A DNA stretch of 64,000 nt from a virus. The stretch is taken from the IMG/VR virus record IMGVR_UViG_3300046758_000611, positions 32,001 through 96,000 of that record; one strand, written 5' to 3'. Each line of letters begins with the position of its first letter. The stretch's first letter is position 1. The notes under the pieces were generated by a model. It saw only the letters and a list, made by a program, of their open reading frames with translations. It ran no database searches and was not told the origin of the DNA. The translations under genes were made by a program, and so were the position numbers. This document shows, in pieces, positions 51,343-61,249 of this stretch.

Positions 51343-51930
51343 TTAATTTCCCAAAAAAGGAAATTGATCTACATCTAGGTTCATACCTTCTTCAACTTGG
51401 TCTTGCGTAAGTGGTAGAAATGGAAACTTTGAACTAAAGTCATCCTTGGATTTGCCTTCTCCGTTTTGAATTCTTTGGCTTATTATTAAATCTTTAGTCG
51501 CCGTGTACATTTCAGATGCCTCTTCTTTAAATTTTACATTTCGTTCCATTTCTTTATCAAGAATAGAACTTAATTCATCAATCTGTGCCTGTAATAGTTG
51601 TTCCTCTTCTATTCTGTTTTCTTGCTCTTCTTCAATCTCCGAATATAAATCAGAAATGTCTTCTTCGGTATCCACCCCCTCAACAGAAGTAAATTCTTCA
51701 AAGTCCACGGAGAAGAATGTTTCAACTTGATCTTGTTTTTGAACTGTTTTTTCAACAGGAACACCGACTAAGTAATCTCCAATTTTGCTTTCTTCTGTAA
51801 TGTCATCAAACGAGATATTATAGTTTCCAGTGGAATCAACATTGTTTACAATGCTTCCGGTTTTCAAAAGATTATCCAATTCTTCTTTATTGAAATTTTC
51901 TTCTGAAATATATTTTGGTAAATTGTACAT
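51343..51930 (-). CDS. acidic hypothetical protein, baseplate cluster
   Basis: 195 aa; coiled coil, LIISQRIQNGEG...FPFLP. Confidence 0.65.
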   Translation of the reverse strand: MYNLPKYISEENFNKEELDNLLKTGSIVNNVDSTGNYNISFDDITEESKIGDYLVGVPVEKTVQKQDQVETFFSVDFEEFTSVEGVDTEEDISDLYSEIEEEQENRIEEEQLLQAQIDELSSILDKEMERNVKFKEEASEMYTATKDLIISQRIQNGEGKSKDDFSSKFPFLPLTQDQVEEGMNLDVDQFPFLGN

Positions 51931-51931
51931 A

Positions 51932-53380
51932 TTATGATATAATTCTAAAGTTTCGTTTATCTATGTGAATTTCTACATCTTCGTCAATTTCTGTTTTTAT
52001 GTGAAATGTATAAAACCTCCCCACAGCAAGACACCCAAAGTCAAAATTAAAATAGTGGCCGTTTGAATCACACGATATTTTTGTATATTCACCGAACCCA
52101 ATAACAACCTCAGATGTCTCTGAGTCTCTAACTGAATAAAACATATTGTTGGTTACAAAATTATCAAGAGAGTAGTCTGACTTTGAAGAAAATGTTTTTA
52201 TTGGTCGTTTGCTTCTAATCCCAACTCTTATTTTTTTTCTTTCAGATTGTTTATATTCTTTTTTAATTGTTTTTATTATTGGAATAAACTCGTCAGAAAC
52301 GATCTGATTTATATTAGATTTTTTTACTAAAATTTTTTCTGTTGGTTTTCCGAAGGTACCAGTTGTGTTGTTTTCGTCTGAACATTGTTTATTCGTGAAT
52401 ATATCCGTATCTGTTATTGATGCGGATTCAAGACTCGTGGATTCAAGTGAACTAGATTCAATGGAACCCGACTCAATGGAACCAGATTCAATGGAACCCG
52501 ACTCAATGGAACCAGATTCAATAGATGATGATTCTATACTTCCTGAATTAAGTACACCAGATTCTAATGAACCAGAATCAAGTGTATCAACATTAATTGA
52601 CATATCAGTTTTTGTACCAAGTGAATCTGTATTATGACAATGTTCTGTCGTACACGATATGCTTTTTATATATACTTGTTCACATGGTTCAAACTTGTAA
52701 TCATCGTATAATATTTCTAAATAAGGGTAGTAAATCGTATTTGTATCCTTCGAGAAAAATTGTATAGATGAATGTGCGTCTATTGTTTCTTCTATAAATT
52801 TTATTAAAAATCCGTTGTTCTCGATATCACCAACCAACCATGATTTTACAATACTTGTTACATCAACCTTTACATCAGAGAATGCACCTTTAAACTTAAA
52901 TATCAGATCGGTGTCATCGGTGTTAGTTCTTTGTGGTATTTCGTTGTGTTCGTAGAACTCACCACCCCCCAAATAGTTGGTTGTGTTTGCATCTTGATTC
53001 CAAAAATTTTTACCAAAATCTGCGTATCTCCAACTTGCACCTTTGTATGAAAAAGATGATGATTTTGTGTCTTGGTATCGTCCAGTTCCTTCGTCCCAAT
53101 ACTTTTTAACAGGGTATACACCAAGAGAGTCACCCATCGATAACTCAGACGAATTTGCTACTTTTAAGTTTAAATAAAACTCCGAATTTATAAGTTTGTT
53201 TTTATTCGCCGTGAACAATTCATTATCGAACTCAATTAAAATTCTACTTAAAACAAGTCCATCGGTGTCTGTGTTAATTTTTTTAAGTTCAAGAATCTCA
53301 TCGTATCCAGAGTTGAGTTCAAGTAACCGTCTGTGTTTATACAAAGTGGTATCTTTGGTTGGATATATAAAATAAATCAT
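51932..53380 (-). CDS. virion protein (DNRLRE-like beta-sandwich) with SGSIE pentapeptide repeats
   Basis: 482 aa; YPTKDTTLY, SRILIEFD, WDEGTG, DVTSIVKSW...NNGFLIK, FFSKDTNTIY.P.LE. Confidence 0.65.
   Translation of the reverse strand: MIYFIYPTKDTTLYKHRRLLELNSGYDEILELKKINTDTDGLVLSRILIEFDNELFTANKNKLINSEFYLNLKVANSSELSMGDSLGVYPVKKYWDEGTGRYQDTKSSSFSYKGASWRYADFGKNFWNQDANTTNYLGGGEFYEHNEIPQRTNTDDTDLIFKFKGAFSDVKVDVTSIVKSWLVGDIENNGFLIKFIEETIDAHSSIQFFSKDTNTIYYPYLEILYDDYKFEPCEQVYIKSISCTTEHCHNTDSLGTKTDMSINVDTLDSGSLESGVLNSGSIESSSIESGSIESGSIESGSIESGSIESSSLESTSLESASITDTDIFTNKQCSDENNTTGTFGKPTEKILVKKSNINQIVSDEFIPIIKTIKKEYKQSERKKIRVGIRSKRPIKTFSSKSDYSLDNFVTNNMFYSVRDSETSEVVIGFGEYTKISCDSNGHYFNFDFGCLAVGRFYTFHIKTEIDEDVEIHIDKRNFRIIS
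52430..52580 (-). repeat. 15-bp tandem repeat encoding (S/D)-S-G-S-(I/L)-E units
   Basis: Perfect 30-bp duplication at 52461-52490 and 52491-52520 within degenerate flanking units. Confidence 0.85.
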
Positions 53381-55341
53381 AAAACTCGTCCTGTTATGTC
53401 CCTGGTTGGGTATTTTAATTCAAAAATAGATGGGTCTTTCGATGGATAGATTGTTTTGTTCATAGTTGCAGAATTTATATCATATTCATTTTCAGAGTAA
53501 TTGCCATCGTTTATATTAAGATTTTTAATTATAAGTTTTGTAACATTTTTTACACCAGAAACCTTTGACATCTCAACTTCTAGTGTACCGGTGTCAATTG
53601 GTTGTGATATTTGCCATTTATCTATATCAAAAAAATCTGCTATTATTTCATTTAATGAAAAAAGTATTTCTTTTTTATTAAAGTTCATATAAGAGGTTAC
53701 TTCGTATTCTACTCCTATGTTAATAATAAAAGCATTTGTCATGTTTATTCCATCGGTTAGCATTCTATAGTTGGAAAGATACTTACTTAAATTTTGATAA
53801 ACAAGATCATTTGGGGTTATTAGTTTCTTGTTTTCGTCAAAACTCAATACATACAAATTTACTGCAAACGGATTGTTTATCTCTCCATACACACGATTTA
53901 GTTCTTGTGGTTGAACCTCCTGATTAATTGAATAAGAATTTTTGACTATATCCGTTTGTGAGAATGAGTCAAGAGAACCATCTTTACTTACAAATGCTTT
54001 TGCTATACTTCCAAGTCTCGGTGGCATACTATATGCTCTTATTACATAATCTTCACGGGTGACTGCTCTATTTTGCGAAGAAAAACTAGAAAGACCTTTG
54101 ATTCGTATTTCGTCAATTGACTCCTCACCACGACCACCCAACGCAGGATCTGGATTATTCACCCCAACTGTATTTTTGATTGTCTCCAATACTCCCTCTT
54201 CACCCTCTGATAAAAATGCGTTTGTTTCATTATACTTAATTTGGGTAATAGTTGTAAGTGTATTTGATTTCAAGTTAGACTCGACACCACCACCAGAATA
54301 ATACTCGATTGTAAGTGTTGTGTTTGCAGGTGCTTCTCCATATGTATCAGACTTCAAGAAATTTGCGGGATCGTAAGACGATTCAAATTTTTTTGTTGAT
54401 TTTAATGATGATCCAACAGTGTTGAGGGATGGAATTACAATCTCTTCGTCAATTTTGTCCTTTCCTGCACCAAATTCTAAGGTTGTGGTGTTATCACTAT
54501 TTACAAATGTTGAAAATCGTTTCGATGTTTTAATATATCGCAATAAATACGGTACACTTAATGATAAATTGCTTGTGTTTGGACTCGTTTTATCATTGTT
54601 TGGTTCTTCGATCAAAATTGTATCTTGTGATAGATAATCAACTTCATAGTATTTGTTTCCAGTCGAATCTATTACTGAAATTATTTCGAGTACATCCGTA
54701 TCAGGAAGTTCAACTTGAAAAAACTCACTTGCTTCTCCAACTGTTATTGTGTATGTTTTTCTGGTGCCGGCCGATGCCATTACCTTTTTGTTGAATAAGT
54801 AAAATTGAGGTTGACCAAGTTGGTCTCGTTGAAATACACTTATTTCGGTTGGTGAACTTGCTTCGTCAAGACCAAAGTTTACAGGTTCTGTTGTTCTAAA
54901 AATAGTTGCCGAACCTCCAGTTGAAATAACCTCCATACCCTCATCAATGTTTAAAGCAAATTTCATGTCGGGTTCAACTGTGCCGTCTTCTGAAATTTTC
55001 GATGGTATTAGTTGAAATATATCCAACATGGTTGTGGCTGCCACACTTGCCTTTGGTTTATATCCCAAGTAATTTGCAAGAGTAATTACATTTTTTCTTT
55101 CACTTGCATATTGTAAAAACCCTTCTTTAAATTGATAGTCTACATAGTAAGATAAAACATCACCCACATAACTTACCAAATCTACAAACATCATTCCAGT
55201 TGAGTTCTCACTGAAGTCTTTGTATGTTTTGGAATAATATGTCTTAATATAGTCGATTAAGTTAGACTTAAAACTATCAAAGTCTTTGCTTAAATAGTTT
55301 ATTTCTTTTTTTCCGTCTTGGATGGTGTTTAAATTATCCAT
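53377..55341 (-). CDS. gp6: baseplate wedge protein (gp6-like)
   Basis: 654 aa; INYLSKDFDSFK, SYVGDVLSYY, LGYKP, GGRGEESIDEIR, QNRAVTREDY. Confidence 0.88.
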   Translation of the reverse strand: MDNLNTIQDGKKEINYLSKDFDSFKSNLIDYIKTYYSKTYKDFSENSTGMMFVDLVSYVGDVLSYYVDYQFKEGFLQYASERKNVITLANYLGYKPKASVAATTMLDIFQLIPSKISEDGTVEPDMKFALNIDEGMEVISTGGSATIFRTTEPVNFGLDEASSPTEISVFQRDQLGQPQFYLFNKKVMASAGTRKTYTITVGEASEFFQVELPDTDVLEIISVIDSTGNKYYEVDYLSQDTILIEEPNNDKTSPNTSNLSLSVPYLLRYIKTSKRFSTFVNSDNTTTLEFGAGKDKIDEEIVIPSLNTVGSSLKSTKKFESSYDPANFLKSDTYGEAPANTTLTIEYYSGGGVESNLKSNTLTTITQIKYNETNAFLSEGEEGVLETIKNTVGVNNPDPALGGRGEESIDEIRIKGLSSFSSQNRAVTREDYVIRAYSMPPRLGSIAKAFVSKDGSLDSFSQTDIVKNSYSINQEVQPQELNRVYGEINNPFAVNLYVLSFDENKKLITPNDLVYQNLSKYLSNYRMLTDGINMTNAFIINIGVEYEVTSYMNFNKKEILFSLNEIIADFFDIDKWQISQPIDTGTLEVEMSKVSGVKNVTKLIIKNLNINDGNYSENEYDINSATMNKTIYPSKDPSIFELKYPTRDITGRVL

Positions 55342-55345
55342 TTAA

Positions 55346-55750
55346 TTATCCTGCATCTAATGATAAACTTAGTGTGCTTTCTGTGTCTGGGACACTTGCT
55401 ATCATATATTTAATATTTAATTCTACTTTATGTGGGTCTTTATCAAAATCAGAACTTACATCCACGGAAATAACTTCTACATCCGGCATCCAATTTGCGG
55501 TGGTATCTTTTATTTCATCTAAAAATATTTTATCTACGTGTTCTGTAATATTTGGATCGAAAAGCAGTCTACGTAAATTACTTCCATATTCTGGCATCAT
55601 AGGCCGTTCACCTTTTGCTGTCATTAAGAGCATCATTAAATTATATTTTGACCTCTCAATTACAGAGTAAGTTTGAGCAAAAAATCCATCTTTTTCACCC
55701 CGTGTATATGGAATAGAAATTCCAACTGGCACTTTAAGGTTTTCGTACAC
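55346..55750 (-). CDS. gp25: baseplate wedge subunit (gp25-like)
   Basis: 134 aa, GTG start; NLMMLLMTAKGERPMMPEYGSNL..LLFDP, WMPDV. Confidence 0.88.
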   Translation of the reverse strand: MYENLKVPVGISIPYTRGEKDGFFAQTYSVIERSKYNLMMLLMTAKGERPMMPEYGSNLRRLLFDPNITEHVDKIFLDEIKDTTANWMPDVEVISVDVSSDFDKDPHKVELNIKYMIASVPDTESTLSLSLDAG

Positions 55751-55753
55751 CTA

Positions 55754-56146
55754 CTATTTTCCTTTCTTTTTACTCTCAATTGCGTTTATCAACTCAGAGT
55801 AATCACGGGTTAGTGCGTTTGATACACTTTCCGGTAAGTCTTTTATATTCAATTCGTTTCCGTTAAAGTCTGTTTGCTTGTTTGTTTCCATAGTCGATGA
55901 AACCAACTGACCTTCTTGGGGGACTCCACCAACAGTAGCACGAAGTGCTTCGTTTATTTTTTCATTGCGAGAATAAACTTTATCTGAATTCGTTGATTTG
56001 GTTTTTATTTTTGCCTCGGTTTTTTCTATTTTAACATTTGACTTTTTATTTTGTGTTTTATATTCAGACAATATTTCAGGAAGAGTCGTTTTTAACTCTT
56101 CTCTAACTGCTAATTTTATTATCGTTATTAGTTCACTTTTTTTCAT
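55754..56146 (-). CDS. conserved phage protein
   Basis: 130 aa; MKKSELITIIKLAVREE N-term, NALTRDYSELI C-term. Confidence 0.7.
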   Translation of the reverse strand: MKKSELITIIKLAVREELKTTLPEILSEYKTQNKKSNVKIEKTEAKIKTKSTNSDKVYSRNEKINEALRATVGGVPQEGQLVSSTMETNKQTDFNGNELNIKDLPESVSNALTRDYSELINAIESKKKGK

Positions 56147-56187
56147 AATATCGGTTTCTTATAATATATATTTATTTATTTACTTAT

Positions 56188-59100
56188 TTATCCATCTATA
56201 AATACTCTCGTACTTAATAATGTTGGCAATCTTGAACGTAAAGATGCCAAACTTCCTTGTTGAGCAGGTCTTGATGTGGTTATATAAGGGTCGTGGTGTA
56301 CATGACTAGATAGCCAGCCACACAAAGAACTTAACCAGTCAATCGTATTATTTCCTTTCAAAACTGGATGTCTTCGTGTTATATATGCTCCGAGGTGTAT
56401 TGTAGGAGAAATAACAGATGTGTGTGTTTTTGTTTCTGTGACAAATCTGTCTATGCAATTCATAGTTATTTCATCATCAGTTGCTACGAAAAATTTCTTT
56501 TTCGCATAAATTCCTGTTTCTTGTGTTTTTGAAGAAATTAAAATTCGTTCTGAGTTTATTATAATTTGATTTCCTGTTAAAGCCGGCAATTGTTTTCCGA
56601 ATATGACTTTTGCCTCAGATGCTTCTTTTAAAACTTGCTTTTCCAGTTTACTAAGGTTTGAGTTTAATTTTTTCTTTTTTGCTTGCTTTGCTGTATTAAT
56701 TGATTCATTTACCTTATCAGTATCTTTTAATGTTTCTAAGTCTTCAGGATGTAATAACGAAACGGCATTCATATCAGCATTTTGAATTGGTGTTCCTTTT
56801 AATGAATCACGTGTAATTGTTTCTCCTGTGTGAAATGATTTTACTTCATCAGGATCTTGTGGGGCTGCTTTTACATTATTAGGTTTTGTTGTTTGTGTTT
56901 TTTTGGACTTTACGCCTTCACTTACACCATCGTCCTGTTTTTCGTTAGACTTCGGTGTATCAGAACTTTTGTTGTCTGATCGAGTCTCTTCTTTTTTGTT
57001 TTCTGTTGATGTGTCGTTGGATTCGTATTTTACACCATCAGTATCCGTTTCATACGATACTCCACTTTTTTGATTTTCTTTTTTTGAATTTACAACTTCG
57101 GTTTTTTCGGACACTGTTACACTTGATGATTCTTTTAAAATTTCTTGATTTCCACTAGGACTTTCTATTTTGGTTCCGGGTGTTGCATTTATTTTAGTTC
57201 CGGCGGGAACATTCATAGAGGCAGGATTATTGTTGTTTTCAATATTTTGGTTAGTCTCTATACTTGAACCAGCTGCGAGTGTTATATTTGAACCGGCTGC
57301 TATTTGATTAGTTTGACCAGAATTTGTTTTTGTGAGTGTAGTTCCTTGAGATGCGGTAAAGTTTGTTCCTGCTTGTAGTCCAACACTTGACATACTGCTA
57401 TTTTGTGTTCTGGTTGGTTGTGGTCTCGTCCCACCCCCACTTAGTGTTCCACCAAAACTTGCACCAAGTTGACCTACCCCCTGATTATACTGAATACCTG
57501 ATGATGATTCTGCTTGGTAACTTATACCAGAAGATCCAACATTTCCAGTGGATTGTTGCATAGACATTGTAGACGATGTGCCACCAGTACCTTCTTTATT
57601 TCTATATAACCCAGTCATGGGGTCAAATGTCATAGTTGCCACTTCTTCATTTCCCTTTTGCAAAGATGCAAATCCTGACACACCACCACCACCACCTTTG
57701 AGTGAAGTACCGAGGTCACCAAAGTCATCTCCGAGAGCAGAAAATTGTTGATCAAAGTCTGGATGGTTTTTTGCATAAGGTCCGAATGTTCCATCTGCTT
57801 TCATTTGATTACCCATTTGTTGGGTAAGCATTTTGTTTAATTCTGTATCAAGTGTATCGGTCAACGAGTTTCCCCACTCTATTTGATTTACAAAATCACA
57901 CAAATCAAATAAAAAATCTTTTAATGAGAATCCAATCAAGAAACCTAAAGCAAATTTAAGATTTCTTAGTTTGTCAAAAATTGACATTAAAATTCCAAGC
58001 AATGCAATGTTTATGCCAAATGATAATAACCACCCAAGTGATTCTTCTGTTTTTGATCCATGTGTTCCTTTCTTTTTTCCCAAAAGTCCACAAATTGCCA
58101 TAATTCCCATTGATGCCAATTTAAAAATCTTAAACATCAAACTATCTTCTTTGTTTATTCCGATATCACCAAGACCAGGTATATCAATTCCAAGTGAATT
58201 TGCGGCCGATAGTGCAGGACCGGCTGGTGTTCCTGCAAGTGCATTTTGTCCAACCTTGTTTGAAGATGCAATTGAACCTACAATACCGGTTTCAAATGTT
58301 TGATTCAATTTAAAGTTACCAGAACCAATATCACCTAAAAAGTTTGCACGTTTAATCGCACCGGATGAAACCGACCCTCCTCCAGTTTTGCTTAACCCAC
58401 CACTTATTGCTATACCAGCCCCAACGGCTCCAATTTTTCCTAAAGTTCCAACTCCTCCACTTGATCCTTCTGTTGATGCGACTTTTGTTTCGACATTTAT
58501 TCCAGATGAGGCAGACCCCGAGACTATGCTAGTTCCGTTGCTTGAGTTTGGTGTTTCTATAAACTTGCTTGCAGTTTCGGTGTCCATTTTACCTATTCTG
58601 TCACCAATTACTTCTCCATCTTCTTCTCCAACTGCTTCTTTGAATCCTTCTTTCATTGCCGATCCGTGGTCACCTTTTGATGCTTTCTCGGCCATTTTTC
58701 TCTGAGTTTCGTGACTTTCGTCTGGAGTTACAATGTCACTTTGTCCATTTACTTCTTTAACATCTTCGGTTTTTTTATTACTAGGAGAACTTTTTGGTTT
58801 TATTTTTTTAGTACCAACTGAAGAGTTCGATAAACTTCCAAGAGATGCAGATATACCTGGATTCTTAACTCGTTTTGGTTGTACTAAAGCCCTACCGAGT
58901 GTGTGGGTAAACTTTGATAGTGTTTTTCCAGAGGTTATTTGAATTGAAGAACCATCACGATTTACATCCTCAAGTATGGTGTGACCATATTGTAATTCAG
59001 AACCAACAAGGGGACGTTGTCGGTTGCGAATTAGAATCATCGGATTTCCCAAGTTTCCTGCATAAGACTCTCCGTGACCAGACGAAGTACCGATATCAAA

Positions 59101-59796
59101 GTTGGGAGAGTCAACAAAGTTTCCAAATCTAATGCTACTACCAAATCTACTTTCTATTATAGTGTCACCTTCATAGTGCATAAGTGGACGAATCATGTTA
59201 TTTGCTTTAAAATATTTTCCCAAATTACTTCCTATCTGATTGCTAACCTGAGATACGTTCGATTTGTTTCTTGTTAACGAAAGATTTGCACTTTTATCTT
59301 TCGTAATGGGAGTTCCTCCACCAGTTCTTAATTCATGACGATAATCTGCGTTATTGTTTATAAAATTTTTATCATTTAATCTACGAGAGTAATATACAGT
59401 AGTCATGTATCTGGAAGCAATAACTACTTCATTGATTAATGGAAATTCTTTTACTCCTGCTTCAAGTGGTATTGCCCAACTCAATTGTTCTATTGGTAAA
59501 TTAGTTTGACTAAATAGCATTCTTATTTTTACACGACCTATCCAAGAAGCATAATCTAAAACCTGCGTATCATTGAAACCCTCGGGCCACTCTTCTTCTG
59601 TAACAAATGGTTGAGTTGATTTATTTTTAAATATCGGGTGGTTTTCATCACGTATTACATCAATAACAACGGCTGGCTCTAATTCGTAGAACATCAACGA
59701 ATCATTTGATTTATTCGCAACAGACCTACCACTTGCTAAACTCTTTTGTGAAGCCTCAGCAGTTATGGAGTTTTTTAAATAATTAGTGTATGCCAT
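56188..59796 (-). CDS. baseplate central spike / gp5-like protein with long low-complexity insertion
   Basis: 1202 aa; N-term AVVIDVI, PLINEVV, EGDTIIESRFGSSIRFG, ILIRN; C-term GNQIIINSERILISSK and HVHH; upstream of gp25/gp6. Confidence 0.6.
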   Translation of the reverse strand: MAYTNYLKNSITAEASQKSLASGRSVANKSNDSLMFYELEPAVVIDVIRDENHPIFKNKSTQPFVTEEEWPEGFNDTQVLDYASWIGRVKIRMLFSQTNLPIEQLSWAIPLEAGVKEFPLINEVVIASRYMTTVYYSRRLNDKNFINNNADYRHELRTGGGTPITKDKSANLSLTRNKSNVSQVSNQIGSNLGKYFKANNMIRPLMHYEGDTIIESRFGSSIRFGNFVDSPNFDIGTSSGHGESYAGNLGNPMILIRNRQRPLVGSELQYGHTILEDVNRDGSSIQITSGKTLSKFTHTLGRALVQPKRVKNPGISASLGSLSNSSVGTKKIKPKSSPSNKKTEDVKEVNGQSDIVTPDESHETQRKMAEKASKGDHGSAMKEGFKEAVGEEDGEVIGDRIGKMDTETASKFIETPNSSNGTSIVSGSASSGINVETKVASTEGSSGGVGTLGKIGAVGAGIAISGGLSKTGGGSVSSGAIKRANFLGDIGSGNFKLNQTFETGIVGSIASSNKVGQNALAGTPAGPALSAANSLGIDIPGLGDIGINKEDSLMFKIFKLASMGIMAICGLLGKKKGTHGSKTEESLGWLLSFGINIALLGILMSIFDKLRNLKFALGFLIGFSLKDFLFDLCDFVNQIEWGNSLTDTLDTELNKMLTQQMGNQMKADGTFGPYAKNHPDFDQQFSALGDDFGDLGTSLKGGGGGVSGFASLQKGNEEVATMTFDPMTGLYRNKEGTGGTSSTMSMQQSTGNVGSSGISYQAESSSGIQYNQGVGQLGASFGGTLSGGGTRPQPTRTQNSSMSSVGLQAGTNFTASQGTTLTKTNSGQTNQIAAGSNITLAAGSSIETNQNIENNNNPASMNVPAGTKINATPGTKIESPSGNQEILKESSSVTVSEKTEVVNSKKENQKSGVSYETDTDGVKYESNDTSTENKKEETRSDNKSSDTPKSNEKQDDGVSEGVKSKKTQTTKPNNVKAAPQDPDEVKSFHTGETITRDSLKGTPIQNADMNAVSLLHPEDLETLKDTDKVNESINTAKQAKKKKLNSNLSKLEKQVLKEASEAKVIFGKQLPALTGNQIIINSERILISSKTQETGIYAKKKFFVATDDEITMNCIDRFVTETKTHTSVISPTIHLGAYITRRHPVLKGNNTIDWLSSLCGWLSSHVHHDPYITTSRPAQQGSLASLRSRLPTLLSTRVFIDG

Positions 59797-60214
59797 CCTC
59801 AGTTTCCTCTTCTATCGTTTCGTCTAGGTCTTCCGAGGAAATTTTTGGTATGCTTATAGCTTTTTTGCTAATTTCTTTTAATTCTTTTTCGGCAGACTGT
59901 AGTAATTGTTGCTTTTCTTCATCGGTTAGTGAGTAATCCCCGCCACCGTCAGAATCCCCACCACTACCTCCGTTTATTATTCTCTGTAACACGGCCGAAA
60001 GTTTTACTAATTGATCGTCATTTTTAACACCCACATCTATATAGTCACGGATCATTGGGGCAATAACAGTGGCACTACCTGCATCTTTTACCATTGTACG
60101 CAAGTCTTTTATTAATTGGTTAATTTGTTCTTTTTTATGACTTGAATTGAAGTATATATCTTTTACCAAAGAAGAAAAGGTCTTTCCCTCGAAAATTTCA
60201 ATGTCTTTATCCAT
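59783..60214 (-). CDS. conserved phage protein (function unknown)
   Basis: 143 aa; IFEGKTFSSLVKDIY, APMIRDYIDVGVKNDDQLVKL; ATATTTAT motif 5 nt before ATG. Confidence 0.7.
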   Translation of the reverse strand: MDKDIEIFEGKTFSSLVKDIYFNSSHKKEQINQLIKDLRTMVKDAGSATVIAPMIRDYIDVGVKNDDQLVKLSAVLQRIINGGSGGDSDGGGDYSLTDEEKQQLLQSAEKELKEISKKAISIPKISSEDLDETIEEETEDGIH

Positions 60215-60244
60215 TATATATAAATATAAATGTATATATTTTTT

Positions 60245-60955
60245 TTAATATTCGCCTGAAGATAATGTTCCCTTTTCTAGATACCTAGCATATAAATTTG
60301 ACTGAATATCTTTCATTTTATTTACTACCTTTGTGATATGCTGAGTTTTACAATTAGTCATTTCACGAATAAATAAATAAAGTGCTTTTTTATTAAAGTT
60401 TTCTATAACGTCTGATTTTCTGAATATTTCAAGAACTGCATATGCTATTCGTTTTTCTTGGTCTTTTTTGTATATAGTATCGATGTTATCTTCAAGGTGA
60501 TCTACCATTAGTTTTATAAACTCAGAAAGTTCCTTTTTTTTAGTCTCTGCTCTTGGGTTAAATGTAAGTTCTTTTTGCTCGTATATAATTTCATCGTCAT
60601 CAACACTTGTGTGTCTTTTAAATTTTTTGTAGTTTCCGTTATTGTATAGAATTAAAAAATTTTTTGCTATAATACTAAAATATGAAAATGCCTTTCCGTT
60701 ATTTGCTTTGTATTTGTGCATATTGCTTACAAGGTTACTAACCACTTCTCGTTGAACATCTTCATGACTGCACTGGAAATACGAAAACTTAAATGTGTTT
60801 AGAATGTTTTCTGCCAATTTCTCAAATGGATACTTTATATGTTCTTCGTATATTTTATTTCGTTCCACCATGTCATCTGAGTTATTATATAAAACTATAT
60901 TGTCCTCAGTTTCTTGTGTGAAATACATTTTCTTTTTCGATTTTGGTCTTGCCAT
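60245..60955 (-). CDS. phage sigma-factor-like protein (candidate late sigma)
   Basis: 236 aa; YFTQETED.I..YN, PFEKLAENI, KY...NGKAFSYFSIIAKN (region-2-like), C-terminal HTH-like YLFIREMT.CKTQHITKVV. Confidence 0.6.
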   Translation of the reverse strand: MARPKSKKKMYFTQETEDNIVLYNNSDDMVERNKIYEEHIKYPFEKLAENILNTFKFSYFQCSHEDVQREVVSNLVSNMHKYKANNGKAFSYFSIIAKNFLILYNNGNYKKFKRHTSVDDDEIIYEQKELTFNPRAETKKKELSEFIKLMVDHLEDNIDTIYKKDQEKRIAYAVLEIFRKSDVIENFNKKALYLFIREMTNCKTQHITKVVNKMKDIQSNLYARYLEKGTLSSGEY

Positions 60956-61207
60956 TTAGTTTAGTTCCCTTTGTTTGAAGTCTTCTATTATTTGCTTAAT
61001 TTCATCAAATGCAACACCGACTTCATCGTCTTTTTCAAAAATTTCTCGTTGATCAACATTTTTAATATTTTTATACAAATCTTCAAATTTATTTCTTATG
61101 TCAATCGTCCAATTTTCATATATTATATTTTTTCTATATAAATTGAAAGATGTATAAAGTGTTATAAGTAACAACATTGACAGAAATATAAGTAGATATA
61201 TATACAT
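60956..61207 (-). CDS. small membrane-anchored protein
   Basis: Likely start ATG 61207; N-terminal TM YIYLLIFLSMLLLITLY then coiled coil, FEKDDEVG. Confidence 0.65.
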   Translation of the reverse strand: MYIYLLIFLSMLLLITLYTSFNLYRKNIIYENWTIDIRNKFEDLYKNIKNVDQREIFEKDDEVGVAFDEIKQIIEDFKQRELN

Positions 61208-61249
61208 TCCTATATAATAGTCTAACATATATTGATATGTCAATAAAAT

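Noticed and set aside
59783-60214. Terminase small subunit
   Set aside because: Helical size fits but there is no diagnostic motif and it is far from terL; left as unknown.
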